NCBI GenBank assembly: GCA_028864975.1 | Contig: JAGWLG010000004.1 | Coordinates: forward strand, 1-64,000 | Source of the DNA: Thermoplasmata archaeon | GTDB lineage: Archaea; Thermoplasmatota; Thermoplasmata; Lutacidiplasmatales; UBA184 | Direction of reading: 5' to 3' | Length of the DNA: 64,000 nucleotides | Shown: in pieces, positions 18,195 through 28,698 of the stretch | How positions within the stretch are numbered: the stretch's first letter is position 1 | How the letters are laid out: every line of letters begins with the position of its first letter | Position numbers and translations under genes: made by a program | Notes under the pieces: model-generated | The model's input: the letters and a program-made list of their open reading frames with translations, nothing else | The model's database searches: none | What the model was told of the DNA's origin: nothing

Positions 18195-19415
18195 TCACAT
18201 CTCGCGAAGGGCTTCGACTGCCTCGAGACGGGAGGCCTGGTAGGCGGGAAGCAGGGAGAAGAGGAACCCCACGAACCAGAGCACGAGCAGGAGCTCGACA
18301 AAATAGAGCCCCAGGTCGACCGGGTTCGTCACCAGGGCGGAGTAGAAGCCGGACCCGTTCGTCTTGAGGAACCGGACGACCAGCGTCCCCAATCCCACGC
18401 CCAGGCCGATCCCCACGACGCTCATGGTCCCCGCTTCGAGCAGGAACTGCAGCATCACGTCCGTGCGCTCGGCCCCCAGCGCGCGCAGGACGCCGATCTC
18501 CCGACGACGGTCCTTCACGGCCATGGTCATCACGACGAAGATGCTGAAGGCCGAGAGGACCAGGAGGGTCATCTCGACGAGCTGGATGATCGTCTGGAAC
18601 TGGCCGATCTGCTGGAGGACGAACTGGACCTCCGACTGCTGGTTCGAGACGGTGAAGTCCTGGGTATCGTTGTGCCGGGCGTAGATGAGGTTCGTGATCG
18701 CGTCGCTCGCGGACTGCACATGGGAGGAGGAGTCCGCCGAAGCGAAGATGTAGGTCAGCGTCGGGGCGCCCGTCAAGTTCACCAGGGTCGAGACCGGGAT
18801 GAGCGCCGCCAGGTCGAAGTTGATCCCCGCGACGGTGCCCTTGTGGCCCAAGAGCCCCTCGACGACGAGCGTGACCTGGATCGGACGCGAGTTCCCGCCG
18901 GGGAGCACGTTGATCACCGTGACCGGCAGGGACTGGCCGACGGAGAGGGAATGGTTGTTCCAAAGGTCGTAGCCGACCACGAGCGGGATCGGGTCGTTCA
19001 TCGAAGCGGGGGCCGAGAGGTCGACCGAGCCCTGGGCCACTTGGAAGTTGAAGATGGAGGTGAGCGCGCTCGTCGACCCCGTGAGGGTCACGGCCGAACT
19101 GCCCCGGGGCCAGCTGTTGAACTCTCCCAGTGCCCAAAGGATGGGGGTCACGGCCGTGAGGTGGGGCACGTCGGCTTGGATCGCGTTCGCGTCCGCCACG
19201 GTCAGCGGCCGGTAGTAGGCCGCGTTGGGGGTCACATCGATCCAGTTCACCGCGAGGTTGTTCACCTCGGAGAGGAAGCTCTCCTCGTTCCCCACCACGG
19301 CGCTCGTGAGCAAGAGCGTCACCGTGACCGCGGCGGTGTAGGTGGCGATGACGAAGGCGGTCCGCCCCTTCTGGCGGAGCATGTAGCGGATGGCGAGCGC
19401 GCCCCGCGAGGTCAT
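18195..19415 (-). CDS. ABC transporter permease, MacB/FtsX family
   Basis: N-terminal TM, large extracellular domain, V.DRRREIGVLRALGA, LLPAYQASRL. Confidence 0.92.
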   Translation of the reverse strand: MTSRGALAIRYMLRQKGRTAFVIATYTAAVTVTLLLTSAVVGNEESFLSEVNNLAVNWIDVTPNAAYYRPLTVADANAIQADVPHLTAVTPILWALGEFNSWPRGSSAVTLTGSTSALTSIFNFQVAQGSVDLSAPASMNDPIPLVVGYDLWNNHSLSVGQSLPVTVINVLPGGNSRPIQVTLVVEGLLGHKGTVAGINFDLAALIPVSTLVNLTGAPTLTYIFASADSSSHVQSASDAITNLIYARHNDTQDFTVSNQQSEVQFVLQQIGQFQTIIQLVEMTLLVLSAFSIFVVMTMAVKDRRREIGVLRALGAERTDVMLQFLLEAGTMSVVGIGLGVGLGTLVVRFLKTNGSGFYSALVTNPVDLGLYFVELLLVLWFVGFLFSLLPAYQASRLEAVEALREM

Positions 19416-20161
19416 CCGCTCCCCTCCTGCCCTGAGGGGTGGGGCGGCCGTTCCTCGCGGACGATCCTTCCGTCGCCGACCCGGACGACCCTCTGGGCGT
19501 GCTCCGCCACCTCGGGATTGTGGGTCACGAGGACGATGGTCGCGCCTTCGCGAGAGAGCTGGTCGAAGATCCGCATGACCGCGCTCGAGTTCACGGTGTC
19601 GAGGTTCCCCGTGGGCTCGTCGCCCAGGAGCAGCGACGGAGCGTTGGCGAGAGCTCGCGCGATGGCGACCCTCTGCGCCTCTCCCCCGGAGATCTGGGTG
19701 GGGTGGCGGTCCAGCAGCGCGGCAGGGAGACGCACCCGGCGGATCAGCTGTTCTGGCGTGGGGAGGTGCTTGCCCTCACGGCGTCGGAGGTAGACCTGCG
19801 GGAGCTCGAGGTTCTCCCGTACGGTCAGGTCACGCAGCAGGTGGAACTGCTGGAAGACGAACCCGATCCTTTCGCTGCGCAGCCGCGTGCGTTCCGAGTC
19901 GCTCTGCCGGGGGACGGGCACGCCGTCGATCTCCACCTCCCCTTCCGTCGGGACGTCCATGCACCCCAGGATGTGCAGGAGCGTCGACTTTCCGCTCCCC
20001 GAGGGCCCCATGATCGCGACGAACTCTCCGCTGCGGACCGTGAGGTCCACGCCTCGGAGCGCGTGGACCTCGGAGGCGCCCTCGCCGTAGGTCTTGGCGA
20101 CCCCCCGCAGGAAGGCCACCGGGGCCTCGCGTGTGGTGGTCGTCGCGGAAGGAGCGCTCAT
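19412..20161 (-). CDS. ABC transporter ATP-binding protein, LolD/MacB family
   Basis: GPSGSGKST, ISGGEAQRVAIARAL, DEPTGNLD, VTHN. Confidence 0.95.
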   Translation of the reverse strand: MSAPSATTTTREAPVAFLRGVAKTYGEGASEVHALRGVDLTVRSGEFVAIMGPSGSGKSTLLHILGCMDVPTEGEVEIDGVPVPRQSDSERTRLRSERIGFVFQQFHLLRDLTVRENLELPQVYLRRREGKHLPTPEQLIRRVRLPAALLDRHPTQISGGEAQRVAIARALANAPSLLLGDEPTGNLDTVNSSAVMRIFDQLSREGATIVLVTHNPEVAEHAQRVVRVGDGRIVREERPPHPSGQEGSG

Positions 20162-21543
20162 GCGGAGGGGGAAGGAACCGATGGCGCAGAAGAGGGGTTC
20201 GGGGAAGAAGAAGGACGCGGCGCGGTCCTAGGGGTCGGAGCCGCAGGGAGGGAAGCCCCCGCCCCATCTCCGCGCGAGAGAAGGAGGCCCGTGTGGTCTC
20301 CGACGAACTCGCCATCCTCGACGATCTGGCGGCCCCGAAGATAGTGTGCCCGCGGGAAGATGCCCTCTCGGCCCTCGAAGGCGGTCCACCCGCAAGGGGC
20401 GTGCAGGTCCCTGGCCCGGATTCTCGTCTTGTCGCGGAAGTCCACGACCAGGAAGTTCGCTTCCATCCCCGCCGCCAAGTGTCCTCTCGGGAGACCCAGG
20501 AAGAGGGCGGGGCGGCGGGCCGCGGCGGCGACGAGTGTCGGGAGCGCGAGGTCCCCCGAACGCACCTTCTCCAGCAGAAGGGGAAGCATCGTCTCGACCC
20601 CCGGCATGCCCGAGGGAGCCTCGGGGAACGGCCGCTCCTTCTCGGAGAGCGCGTGGGGAGCGTGGTCGCTGGCGAGCATCGTCACCCGACCGGTCTTGAA
20701 CGATCCGAAAAGCGCGTCGCGTTCGGCGACCGAGCGGAGCGGGGGATTGACCTTCCAACGCGCGTCCTGATGGGCCGTCGCCGCCAGCAGGAGGTGCTGG
20801 GGGGTCGCTTCGACGCTCCACCCTGCCCCCCGGGCGAGCTCGACCGCCTCGACGGTCGTGGCATGGGCAAGGTGCAGGCGCAGCCCCTCGGCGAGAGGCA
20901 GGAGCGAGCGGACCGCGGAAATCTCGCTCCGCGCGGGGCGCTTCGCTGCCCACCCCTCGGGGTCCACGGCGTAGAGGCCTTCCTGGAACAGACGGGGGTC
21001 TTCGGCGTGGACGTGGACGGGCGCTCCGGTCCGCGCCACCCGCTCGAGGAGCGGACGAAGGTCCGTGCCGGGGGGAGCCGCAAGGTCCCCCGTCGTGGGC
21101 GCCATGTAGAGCTTGAACCCCGCCCCCTGCGCCGCCAGCTCCTCCACTCGGGTCTCCGTGCGCAAGGCCGCCAGGAGGAGCCCGTCGACCTCCGCCTTCG
21201 CCCGGAACCGGTCTCCCTTCTCCTCGAGCCGCTCGACGCTCGTCGTGGGCGGGTCGGTGTTCGGCATGTCGACCACCGCGCCCACCCCTCCCAGAGCCGC
21301 CTGGACCGTGCCGCTCTGGAAGTCCTCGACGCTCCCCGGTGGAGAAGGGTCGCGGAAGTGGACGTGAAGGTCGATCGCCGAGGGCAAGAGCAGGGCCTCC
21401 CCCAGGTCCACCCGGCGCCCACCGCGGACGCTGGGGGCTACCTTGAGGATCCTTCCCTCTTCGCTCACGCCCAGTTCGGCGGGGATGATGCGGCCCCGGT
21501 AGAGGATGCGCCCTGCAAAGACGGTCCGTGGTTCGACCTCCAC
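20158..21543 (-). CDS. pyrC: Dihydroorotase
   Basis: DLHVHFRDP, DMPNT.PP, GFKLYM, HVHAED, KVNPPLR, SDHAPH, G.PGVET. Confidence 0.9.
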   Translation of the reverse strand: MEVEPRTVFAGRILYRGRIIPAELGVSEEGRILKVAPSVRGGRRVDLGEALLLPSAIDLHVHFRDPSPPGSVEDFQSGTVQAALGGVGAVVDMPNTDPPTTSVERLEEKGDRFRAKAEVDGLLLAALRTETRVEELAAQGAGFKLYMAPTTGDLAAPPGTDLRPLLERVARTGAPVHVHAEDPRLFQEGLYAVDPEGWAAKRPARSEISAVRSLLPLAEGLRLHLAHATTVEAVELARGAGWSVEATPQHLLLAATAHQDARWKVNPPLRSVAERDALFGSFKTGRVTMLASDHAPHALSEKERPFPEAPSGMPGVETMLPLLLEKVRSGDLALPTLVAAAARRPALFLGLPRGHLAAGMEANFLVVDFRDKTRIRARDLHAPCGWTAFEGREGIFPRAHYLRGRQIVEDGEFVGDHTGLLLSRGDGAGASLPAAPTPRTAPRPSSSPNPSSAPSVPSPSA

Positions 21544-21700
21544 GTGGACGTTCTGGCGCCCGTGCAGCTTGCTCCCGCGGGACCGCGCTGGCACGACCGG
21601 GCCAGCGTCGGGCGGGGAGATAAGCCCGCGCGCTGCGTAGGCCCAGGGTCGTCGCGGCGCGCGCCGACCATGTTTATGCCCGTCGGCGCTACCCTGGCCG

Positions 21701-22789
21701 ATGCCCTCCATCGCTCTGGGGTCGGAGGAGACCCTCGCCCGCCCGGCACCTTCGTCACCCGTGACGTACGCCCAGACCGGGGTCCGCCAGGACCTGGTCG
21801 CGCTCGCTTTGAGCAAGCTCCTCGAAGGAACCAAGGGGAGGATCCCGCCCGGAAGCGGGGAGCCCTTGAAGCTCCCGGGCCACTTCGCCGGGATCGTCCG
21901 GATCGGTCGCGAGAGCGTCGCCCTCACCACGGACAACGTGGGCACGAAACTCCTGCTCGCGCGGACCCTCGACCGATGGGAGGAGGTCGGGGAGGATGTC
22001 GTCGCGGTGAACGTGAACGACCTCTCGGCCGTGGGAGCTCGCCCCTCCGCCCTGGTGGACTACATCGCGGTGCAGTCGCCGGTCCCTTCGGTGTTCGAGG
22101 CGCTCGGACGGGGGATCGGACGGGGACTCAAGGAGGCGTGCTGCCACTTGGTCGGAGGGGAGACCTCCGTCGTCCCGGACCTCGTGAAGAGCCTCGACCT
22201 TTCTGGGACCGCCCTGGGGTTCTTTCCGAAGGGTCGCGCCCCGGTCACGGGGGAGAAGCTCCGACCGGGGGATGTGCTCCTGGGGCTCTCCTCCTCGGGC
22301 TTCCACGCCAACGGCTACACCCTGCTGCGGCGCCTCATCGAGGAGAACGCGATCGACATCACCCGCCCGCTCCCCGGCGACCCGATGCCCCTCGGAGAGC
22401 GTCTGCTCGCCCCCACGCGCATCTACACCCGACCCGTCGAAGCGCTCCTCGCGGCCCGCCTCCCGCTCGCCCTTGCCCACATCTCCGGCCGGGGGCTGCG
22501 CAACCTCATCCGCCTGAACCCCAAGGTCCAGTTCACCCTGGACGCGCTGCCTCCGCTCGAGGGGATCTTCCGTTGGGTCGCGGACCTTTCGCGACTGCCG
22601 ACGGAGGAGCTCTACCAGACGTTCAACATGGGCATCGGCTTCGTCCTTGCGGTCCGTCCGAACCATGTCGAGCGGTCCCTCTCCGTCCTACGACGCTCCG
22701 GGGGCAAGGACGCCCGCGTCATCGGCCGCGTCGAGAAGGGACGGGGCGTCTACCTGCCCAACGAGGGCGTACGGTACGACTCCTACTGA
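21701..22789 (+). CDS. purM: Phosphoribosylformylglycinamidine cyclo-ligase
   Basis: YAQTGV, DNVGTK, VNDL, GGET, SSGFHANGY, HISG.G, FNMGIG. Confidence 0.95.
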   Translation: MPSIALGSEETLARPAPSSPVTYAQTGVRQDLVALALSKLLEGTKGRIPPGSGEPLKLPGHFAGIVRIGRESVALTTDNVGTKLLLARTLDRWEEVGEDVVAVNVNDLSAVGARPSALVDYIAVQSPVPSVFEALGRGIGRGLKEACCHLVGGETSVVPDLVKSLDLSGTALGFFPKGRAPVTGEKLRPGDVLLGLSSSGFHANGYTLLRRLIEENAIDITRPLPGDPMPLGERLLAPTRIYTRPVEALLAARLPLALAHISGRGLRNLIRLNPKVQFTLDALPPLEGIFRWVADLSRLPTEELYQTFNMGIGFVLAVRPNHVERSLSVLRRSGGKDARVIGRVEKGRGVYLPNEGVRYDSY

Positions 22790-22844
22790 GCTCCAGGGGC
22801 CAGGGTCGCCGAGACGCCGCCGTCGGCCCCCCGAGGGGGCGGCC

Positions 22845-23276
22845 GTCCGCGCGTGCCCTCGCTGCGGTTGTCCGACGCTACGGCCCGGCCGCGCCTGGGA
22901 GGGCCCGGTCGTGTACGACCACGAGCCGCTCGGCACCGGAGGCTGCCCCGCCTGCGCTTTTCGCGGGGTACCGATCGAGTTCCGCGACGAATTCGAGTGG
23001 AGGGTGTTCGCGCGGGAGTGCCTTCTGACCTTCTGGGCCGAACTTCGGGAGCCCTCCACCTCTGGTCTGCCTCCTTCTTCGCGTCCGTGGCACGCGTGCG
23101 CCTCCTGCCTGTCGCCTTGGGTGGAGGGAAGGGCCGAAGCTCCGGGGGTCGTTCGCTGCCGGGTCTGTGGAATCGAGGGTTCGGCGCGACACTTCCTGTC
23201 GCGAGTTGCATGGACCGCCGAACTTAGGACGCGGAGGGAGAGGGGGCCCGAGGGGGATCGAGGCGAGGACTCATAG
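22845..23276 (+). CDS. Four-CxxC zinc-ribbon protein, start codon unclear
   Basis: CPRC, CPAC, CASC, CRVC in one frame; no ATG/GTG/TTG between the purM stop and the first CxxC. Confidence 0.5.
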   Translation, partial: VRACPRCGCPTLRPGRAWEGPVVYDHEPLGTGGCPACAFRGVPIEFRDEFEWRVFARECLLTFWAELREPSTSGLPPSSRPWHACASCLSPWVEGRAEAPGVVRCRVCGIEGSARHFLSRVAWTAELRTRRERGPEGDRGEDS

Positions 23277-23298
23277 TCGGCGGTCTCTGACCACGACC

Positions 23299-24228
23299 AT
23301 GCCACCTCCCCGGGCGAACCTGCTCGCGGGCGCGGCGGGGGGCCTCGCGGCGTTCATCTGGGCGTCCTACTACATCCTCCTGGTCCTCCTCCCGAGAGTC
23401 CCCACCCCCACGGTCATCGTCGTCCCGTTCCTCGTCGCCGGCTCCGCCTTCTTGGTCGGACACCCTGGGCGCCTCCGTCGAGGGGCCGCGACACTCCTCC
23501 GGAGGCTGCCCACCCCCGCGGGGATCGCGCTGGGGCTCATCTTCCTCATCCTGCAGATCGACGTGGTCCTGGCGACGCGGCTCACGGGGGCGGTCGACGC
23601 GGCGCTGGTCACCCTCCTCGCTGACGTGGTCGCGACCCCGCTCCTCGTCTTCGCCCTTCTCCGCCAGGACGCGGACCGTTTCCGCTCGGTGGCGTTCTGG
23701 GGTGGGGTCGCGGTCGCCGCCCTGGGCGCGGTCGGCACCATTTTCGCGGGGGGGTCGGGCCGTCCGCTCACCTTGGCGGGGGCGGCCTCGCTCATTCCCC
23801 TTCCGTTCCTCGTGGCGGTCTTCTTCGTTTGGGTGAACGAGGAGTCCCGCTCCACTCCCGCGGGGGAGGTCCTGGGGGCCGCCGCCCTGCTGGCGGGCTT
23901 CGTGGGCCTCGCCGGGGGCGTCCTCCTCTTCGGCCCTGGGTGGACGAGCGCCCCCTTGGCACCGGCCCAATGGGCCGCGCTGCTGGCCATGGGCCTCTCC
24001 AGCTTCTACCTCGCACCCTGGGCCTACTTCTGGGCCGCCCAGCGAACCTCCATCCTGGTACCGGCGGTGCTCCAGGCCTTGATCCCGGTCTTCACGCTGG
24101 TGCTCGTGGCGGCGCTGATCGCTCCCGTACCTTGGATCGCATGGGTCGGGGTCCCCCTGGCCTTTGGCGGGAGCGCCGTCGCGGTGCTGGCGCCCGAGAG
24201 GGCCCAACACGCACATCCTTCCGGCTGA
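23299..24228 (+). CDS. EamA/DMT-family transporter
   Basis: About 10 hydrophobic helices in two repeat halves. Confidence 0.8.
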   Translation: MPPPRANLLAGAAGGLAAFIWASYYILLVLLPRVPTPTVIVVPFLVAGSAFLVGHPGRLRRGAATLLRRLPTPAGIALGLIFLILQIDVVLATRLTGAVDAALVTLLADVVATPLLVFALLRQDADRFRSVAFWGGVAVAALGAVGTIFAGGSGRPLTLAGAASLIPLPFLVAVFFVWVNEESRSTPAGEVLGAAALLAGFVGLAGGVLLFGPGWTSAPLAPAQWAALLAMGLSSFYLAPWAYFWAAQRTSILVPAVLQALIPVFTLVLVAALIAPVPWIAWVGVPLAFGGSAVAVLAPERAQHAHPSG

Positions 24229-24341
24229 GGCGATCCGCTCCCGGGCACGGCGACCGGGTGACCGGTGCGCAGGCAAGCCGCTCAACATGGTCGAGGCGCG
24301 GCCTTCTCTTCCCAGCGCCCACGGGGCGCGAAGGTGGGAAC

Positions 24342-25292
24342 ATGGCCCTATCGGTCCTGGAGGACGAGATCACCAACGCCGTCGAACGGCTGAGCGAACA
24401 TGTCGTGAGCATCAACAGCCAGAGGATCCTGGCCCATCCCCGAAGAGGGATCGTCCCGATGGAGGGGAGCGGCTCGGGGGTCATCTTGGAGAAGGAGGGG
24501 CTCATCGTGACGAACCATCACGTCATTGACGGAGCGACGCATGTTCGCGTCACCCTCCATGACGGGCGGGAGTTCCAGGGGGAGGTGGTCGGCACCGACC
24601 CTCAGACCGACGTCGCGGTGCTCAAGGTCGACGCCGGGGTGTTGGGCCCCGCGACCTTGGGCGATTCCGAGAAGCTCAAGGTGGGACAGATCGTCCTTGC
24701 CATCGGGAACACGCTAGGGCTCCCCGGAGGTCCCACGGTCTCGACGGGGGTCGTGAGCGCCCTGGGCCGGCCAATGCCCTGGTCGCAGTTCATCTTCGAA
24801 GGACTCATCCAGACGGATGCCGCTATCAATCCGGGGAACAGCGGGGGCCCGCTCGCCGACCGACACGGGAACGTCATCGGGATCAACACCGCCATGGTCC
24901 CCTTCGCCCACGGGATCGGATTCTCCGTCCCGATCAACACCGTCCGCTGGGTGGCCGAGCAGATCACGAAGTACGGTCGCGTGATACGCCCCTTCCTGGG
25001 CATCGTGGGCGTGACCGTGACGCCGACGCTCGCCCGCGTCCACGACCTCAAGTCGGACCGAGGGATCCTCATCGTGGGGGTGGAGCCGCATACGGCGGCC
25101 TCCCGAGCTGGGATCCGGGCGGGCGATATCTTGACGCGGATCGGCGAGCGCAACGTGGACAGCATGAAGGACCTGCTCGAGGCCCTCTCGAAGAGCGGCA
25201 TCGGCTCGGACGCGCCGCTTGCCTACCGCCGAGGAAGGAACGAGCAGTGGACCCAGATCCGCCTCGAGGAGTCACCGGAAGAAGCACGTTGA
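24342..25292 (+). CDS. HtrA/DegP-type serine protease with PDZ domain
   Basis: GSGSGVI, VTNHHV, TDVAVLK, QTDAAINPGNSGGPL, C-terminal PDZ. Confidence 0.95.
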   Translation: MALSVLEDEITNAVERLSEHVVSINSQRILAHPRRGIVPMEGSGSGVILEKEGLIVTNHHVIDGATHVRVTLHDGREFQGEVVGTDPQTDVAVLKVDAGVLGPATLGDSEKLKVGQIVLAIGNTLGLPGGPTVSTGVVSALGRPMPWSQFIFEGLIQTDAAINPGNSGGPLADRHGNVIGINTAMVPFAHGIGFSVPINTVRWVAEQITKYGRVIRPFLGIVGVTVTPTLARVHDLKSDRGILIVGVEPHTAASRAGIRAGDILTRIGERNVDSMKDLLEALSKSGIGSDAPLAYRRGRNEQWTQIRLEESPEEAR

Positions 25293-25343
25293 GCGTGGGT
25301 GGGGGTCGTGCGAGACGCGTGGCCCCCGCTCTTCCCTGCGTCC

Positions 25344-26165
25344 TCACTTCGATCCCGTCGCTAGCAGGCCCTCGCCGAAGAAGTTGAGGACCCGCCGCCA
25401 GGCGTCCTGCGCGGCCTCGGCGTTGTACATCGGTCGCGTGTCGTTGAAGAAGGCGTGCTGGGCCCCGGGATAGACGTGGGCCTCGAACCGAACGTGATGG
25501 GCCCTGGCAGCCCGCTCGAGCTCAGGGACGGTGTCCGTGATGCGATGGTCCTCTCCCCCGTAGAGGCCGAGGATGGGGCATCGGGCCTTCGCGACAAGCT
25601 CTTCGGAGGGCGAGTTGCCGTAGAAGATCACGCAAGCGGCGAGCTTCGGGTCGTGGCAGGCGAGCAGTGCGCTCATCCCCCCTCCGAAGCAGAACCCGAC
25701 GGAACCCACTCTCGTGGGGTCGACGTCCGCGCGGGAGCGGAGCCCGTCCGCCACCCCCACGAGGTCCCGAGCGAACCGAAGATGCTCCTCGGGATTCTGG
25801 ATGCGTCGCAGGGCCTCAAGGACGGCTCGCTCCTCCGTCGGGCGTTCCGCGATCCTCCTCTGGATGGCGGCGGGGTCCCGCTGTACCTCCGGCGGCAGCG
25901 ACCTCAAGAAGCCGAAGCCCGTGGCCACCGCGGCGGGCGTCAGCAGGCGCTCGATCTCCCCGGTGAACAGGTTGGGGGCAAGCGCCACCTAGCCCTCCCT
26001 CGCGAAACGCCGCGCGACGTCCTGGATGTGGGCGTCAGGTCCGAAGATCTCGTGGATCACGATGACGGCGGGGCAGCGCCCCCCGCCCCCGCCTTCCGGA
26101 AGGGCGAGGTAGGCCTCGAGCTCGCGTCCGTCTCCCGCCATCTTGAGCTTCTCGTTCCGCGCCAT
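25344..26165 (-). pseudogene. Dienelactone hydrolase interrupted by an in-frame TAG (25989-25991)
   Basis: PAVIVIHEIFG...RRFAREG*VALAPNLF...GFCFGG...YGGED...HAFFND in a single frame; the stop sits where the family normally has Tyr (GYVALAP). Confidence 0.85.
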
Positions 26166-26176
26166 CGGTCTCCTCC

Positions 26177-28642
26177 TCAGAACTCCCCGAGGCTCGCCTG
26201 CCGTTTCTTGCGGCGGCCGGTCTCGAGGGCCTCCAGCGCGGAGGTCCCCCCGCCGACGGCGATGCCGGCCTCGACCGGGGGCCGCGCGGAGGCCACCTCG
26301 CCCCCGAAGAGGTTCTGTTGCTGCGTCCTTTGGAGCAGCCGGGCCTGGTCCCATCCGAAGACCTCCGTCACCCGGGCGAGCGTCTGGGCGACACGCTCCG
26401 CGTAGTATTGGACGTCAGGGCGGCCCTGGAGCTCTCGTCCTTCCACGTACGGCTCGACCTGCTGCGGGCTCTTCTTCGCGTTCGTCACGATCCAGGCGAC
26501 CTTCATCCCCGGGACCACGGGGTAGCCCTCCTCCTTGAGCTGTCGGAAGATCCGCAGGAAGGGGAGGGCGTCCCGGGTCGCCGCGTTGTACTGCTCCTCG
26601 CCTCGGACCGTCCGGGCGATGATGTACCGTTCGGCCTCGTACTTCCCCTGGAGGACGTTCTGCACGACCTCGCGGGCGTGCTCGCACGCCTTCTCCGTCT
26701 CCCCGGAGAGGACGAGCTCGAAGACCTCCTGCAGGCTCTGGCTCTGCAGGTCGAAGGAGTCCGTGCGCCGGGTCTCGTACCCCCGGATGATGGTGTCCTC
26801 CTTCGGCCAGACCTGACGGGCGACGTAGCGCTTCTTCACCCCGTGGCTGAAGAAGGAGGCGTAGACGCTCTGGAACTCGAGCGAGGTCCCCTCCTTCGAG
26901 AACGTGGCGGAGAGCTTCTCTCCCAGGGCCCGGGCGCCCTCCAGGGAAGGCTGCGGGGAGCGGACGAAGATGCTGTCGGTGTCCGAGTAGATCACCTCGG
27001 CGCCCTCCGCCTCGACCGCCGCGATGACGCTCTTGGTCGTTTCGCGAGCGAAGGCGGTGATCGCCGCCCCGATCTCCTTGTTCGTGAAGCGGTAGAAGGA
27101 GCTCGCGAGCACGCCGTAGAAGGAGTTCATCAGGATCTTGACCGCGTTCTGGAGTCCGTCCAGGTAGAGGCGCTCGTCGTCGCCCTTCGTCGCCTTGAGC
27201 TCGCGTTTCAGACGGTCGCGCTCCGCCATCAGGGACCGGAGGATGTCCGGGACGAGCCCCCGCCGAACGTCGGGGGAGAGGAACCGGGCCCCGTTCGGGG
27301 CCACGACGCTGCCCTGCGGGGAGAGCGTCGTGAAGCAGATGTTCTTCGAGATGATGATCGACGGGTACATCGACTTGAAGTCGAGGACCACGACCCACTT
27401 GACCAGGTCGGGCTTGATCGCGTGGACGTATCCGCCCTCGATCGCGGCGTCCCCCGCGGTCCTCCGCGTCGGGGGGACCCCGATACGGCGTCGGTCCGCT
27501 TCCGGGATGAGCAAAGAGTCGACCAGCAGGCTGGTCCGGCCGTTGAGCCCCTCCTCGAGGTAGAGGTGGGCCACGGTCGCCATGTCCGACCCCCGCTCGA
27601 CGGCGCGGAGCTTGCGGAGGATCCTCAGCGCGAGGACCGCATCGTGCTCGCAGTACTCTACGACCTTCGCCGGGTCCTTGGCCCATTCCTCGTCCATGTT
27701 CCGGCGGTCGACGTCCTTCTTCCCCTCGCCCAGGAGGAGCCGGGAGACGAACTCGAGCGTCTCCTGCTTCGGGTGCAGGATCGTCCGCGCGAACCACCAG
27801 GCGTCGGCGATGGCCCGACCGTGGGCCCGCCACAGCCGGTCGCCGATGTCGCTCACCGGGCCTAGGTCGCGTCCGAGCGGGAGGGCGCCGTTGTCGGGGA
27901 GCCCCAGAGCCTTCGCCCGCTCTTCGAGCAGCGGGATGTCGTACCCGCCGATGTTGTATCCGACGATGATGTCCGGGTCCTCTTCCTGCACCTTGGCGAA
28001 GAACCCCTCGAGGATCCCTCGCTCGGCTCCCTGCAAGCGGAAGCCCCGGAGCTCCCCGTCCCCGCGCTGGACGACCCCGCACAGGCAGAAGATGGTCCGG
28101 TCCTTGAGCGAGTTCTCGATGTCGAAGGAGAGGTACGTGAGGGGCGGTCGGAAGGTGTCGCAAGGTGAGATCGCTCCCTGGACCCGAACGACCTCCTGGG
28201 TCGTGTACCCGCGACGGGCCGCCTCCGGCTCGGGCTCTGCGTCGAAGGCGACGGTGAGCCCCAGGTCGCGGTCGTAGAGGAAACGATGGGCGAAGGGGAT
28301 GTCGCAGGCGAGGACCCCCTCGTCCTCGCCCGGCTTCGCGAACCTCCGGCGATAGTCAGGGACCTTCCAGGGGAACTTGATCGTGACGCGAAGCGTGTCA
28401 CGCTCCGCCCCTCGATAGAAGACCTTCAGGTCCTCGAGCTTCAGGACCTCGGGGTCGTGCGAGAGCGCTTCCCGGACGGCGGGGTCGGGTTCGACCAGCA
28501 TGAACCAGGGGCGGTGGTCGTAGCAGCGGGCCGTGACCGACCGCCCGTCCTTCGTGCGTCCGAAGAGCTCGACGACGACGGAATCGCCGTCGGGGTGGTG
28601 GCGGTAGGAGCCCCCGAGAAGGAAGAGCTCGTACCGGGACAT
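26177..28642 (-). CDS. polB: Family B DNA polymerase
   Basis: Exo motifs FDIE, GYN...YD, YC..D; polymerase motifs DFKSMYPSII, K..MNSFYG, YSDTDS; C-terminal PIP-like QASLGEF. Confidence 0.97.
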   Translation of the reverse strand: MSRYELFLLGGSYRHHPDGDSVVVELFGRTKDGRSVTARCYDHRPWFMLVEPDPAVREALSHDPEVLKLEDLKVFYRGAERDTLRVTIKFPWKVPDYRRRFAKPGEDEGVLACDIPFAHRFLYDRDLGLTVAFDAEPEPEAARRGYTTQEVVRVQGAISPCDTFRPPLTYLSFDIENSLKDRTIFCLCGVVQRGDGELRGFRLQGAERGILEGFFAKVQEEDPDIIVGYNIGGYDIPLLEERAKALGLPDNGALPLGRDLGPVSDIGDRLWRAHGRAIADAWWFARTILHPKQETLEFVSRLLLGEGKKDVDRRNMDEEWAKDPAKVVEYCEHDAVLALRILRKLRAVERGSDMATVAHLYLEEGLNGRTSLLVDSLLIPEADRRRIGVPPTRRTAGDAAIEGGYVHAIKPDLVKWVVVLDFKSMYPSIIISKNICFTTLSPQGSVVAPNGARFLSPDVRRGLVPDILRSLMAERDRLKRELKATKGDDERLYLDGLQNAVKILMNSFYGVLASSFYRFTNKEIGAAITAFARETTKSVIAAVEAEGAEVIYSDTDSIFVRSPQPSLEGARALGEKLSATFSKEGTSLEFQSVYASFFSHGVKKRYVARQVWPKEDTIIRGYETRRTDSFDLQSQSLQEVFELVLSGETEKACEHAREVVQNVLQGKYEAERYIIARTVRGEEQYNAATRDALPFLRIFRQLKEEGYPVVPGMKVAWIVTNAKKSPQQVEPYVEGRELQGRPDVQYYAERVAQTLARVTEVFGWDQARLLQRTQQQNLFGGEVASARPPVEAGIAVGGGTSALEALETGRRKKRQASLGEF

Positions 28643-28668
28643 GGCCCCGCGAGCCTACGATGGAGATA

Positions 28669-28676
28669 GGGGTTTG
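28669..28676. repeat. Left target-site duplication GGGGTTTG
   Basis: Identical 8-mer at 30227-30234; both copies abut the inverted repeats. Confidence 0.85.
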
Positions 28677-28698
28677 GTATGTGTTCAGCTCCCCCGGC
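28677..28698 (+). repeat. Left terminal inverted repeat
   Basis: GTATGTGTTCAGCTCCCCCGGC; 18/22 identical to the reverse complement of 30205-30226 (12/13 at the tip). Confidence 0.85.

Noticed and set aside
20181-20231. Tiny basic ORF MAQKRGSGKKKDAARS
   Set aside because: Lies antisense within the pyrC 3' end; too short to support.
25989-25991. Genome-wide amber recoding (pyrrolysine or stop reassignment)
   Set aside because: TAG terminates many clear genes here (rps8e, srp19, korB, rtcB), and no pyl genes are in the window.
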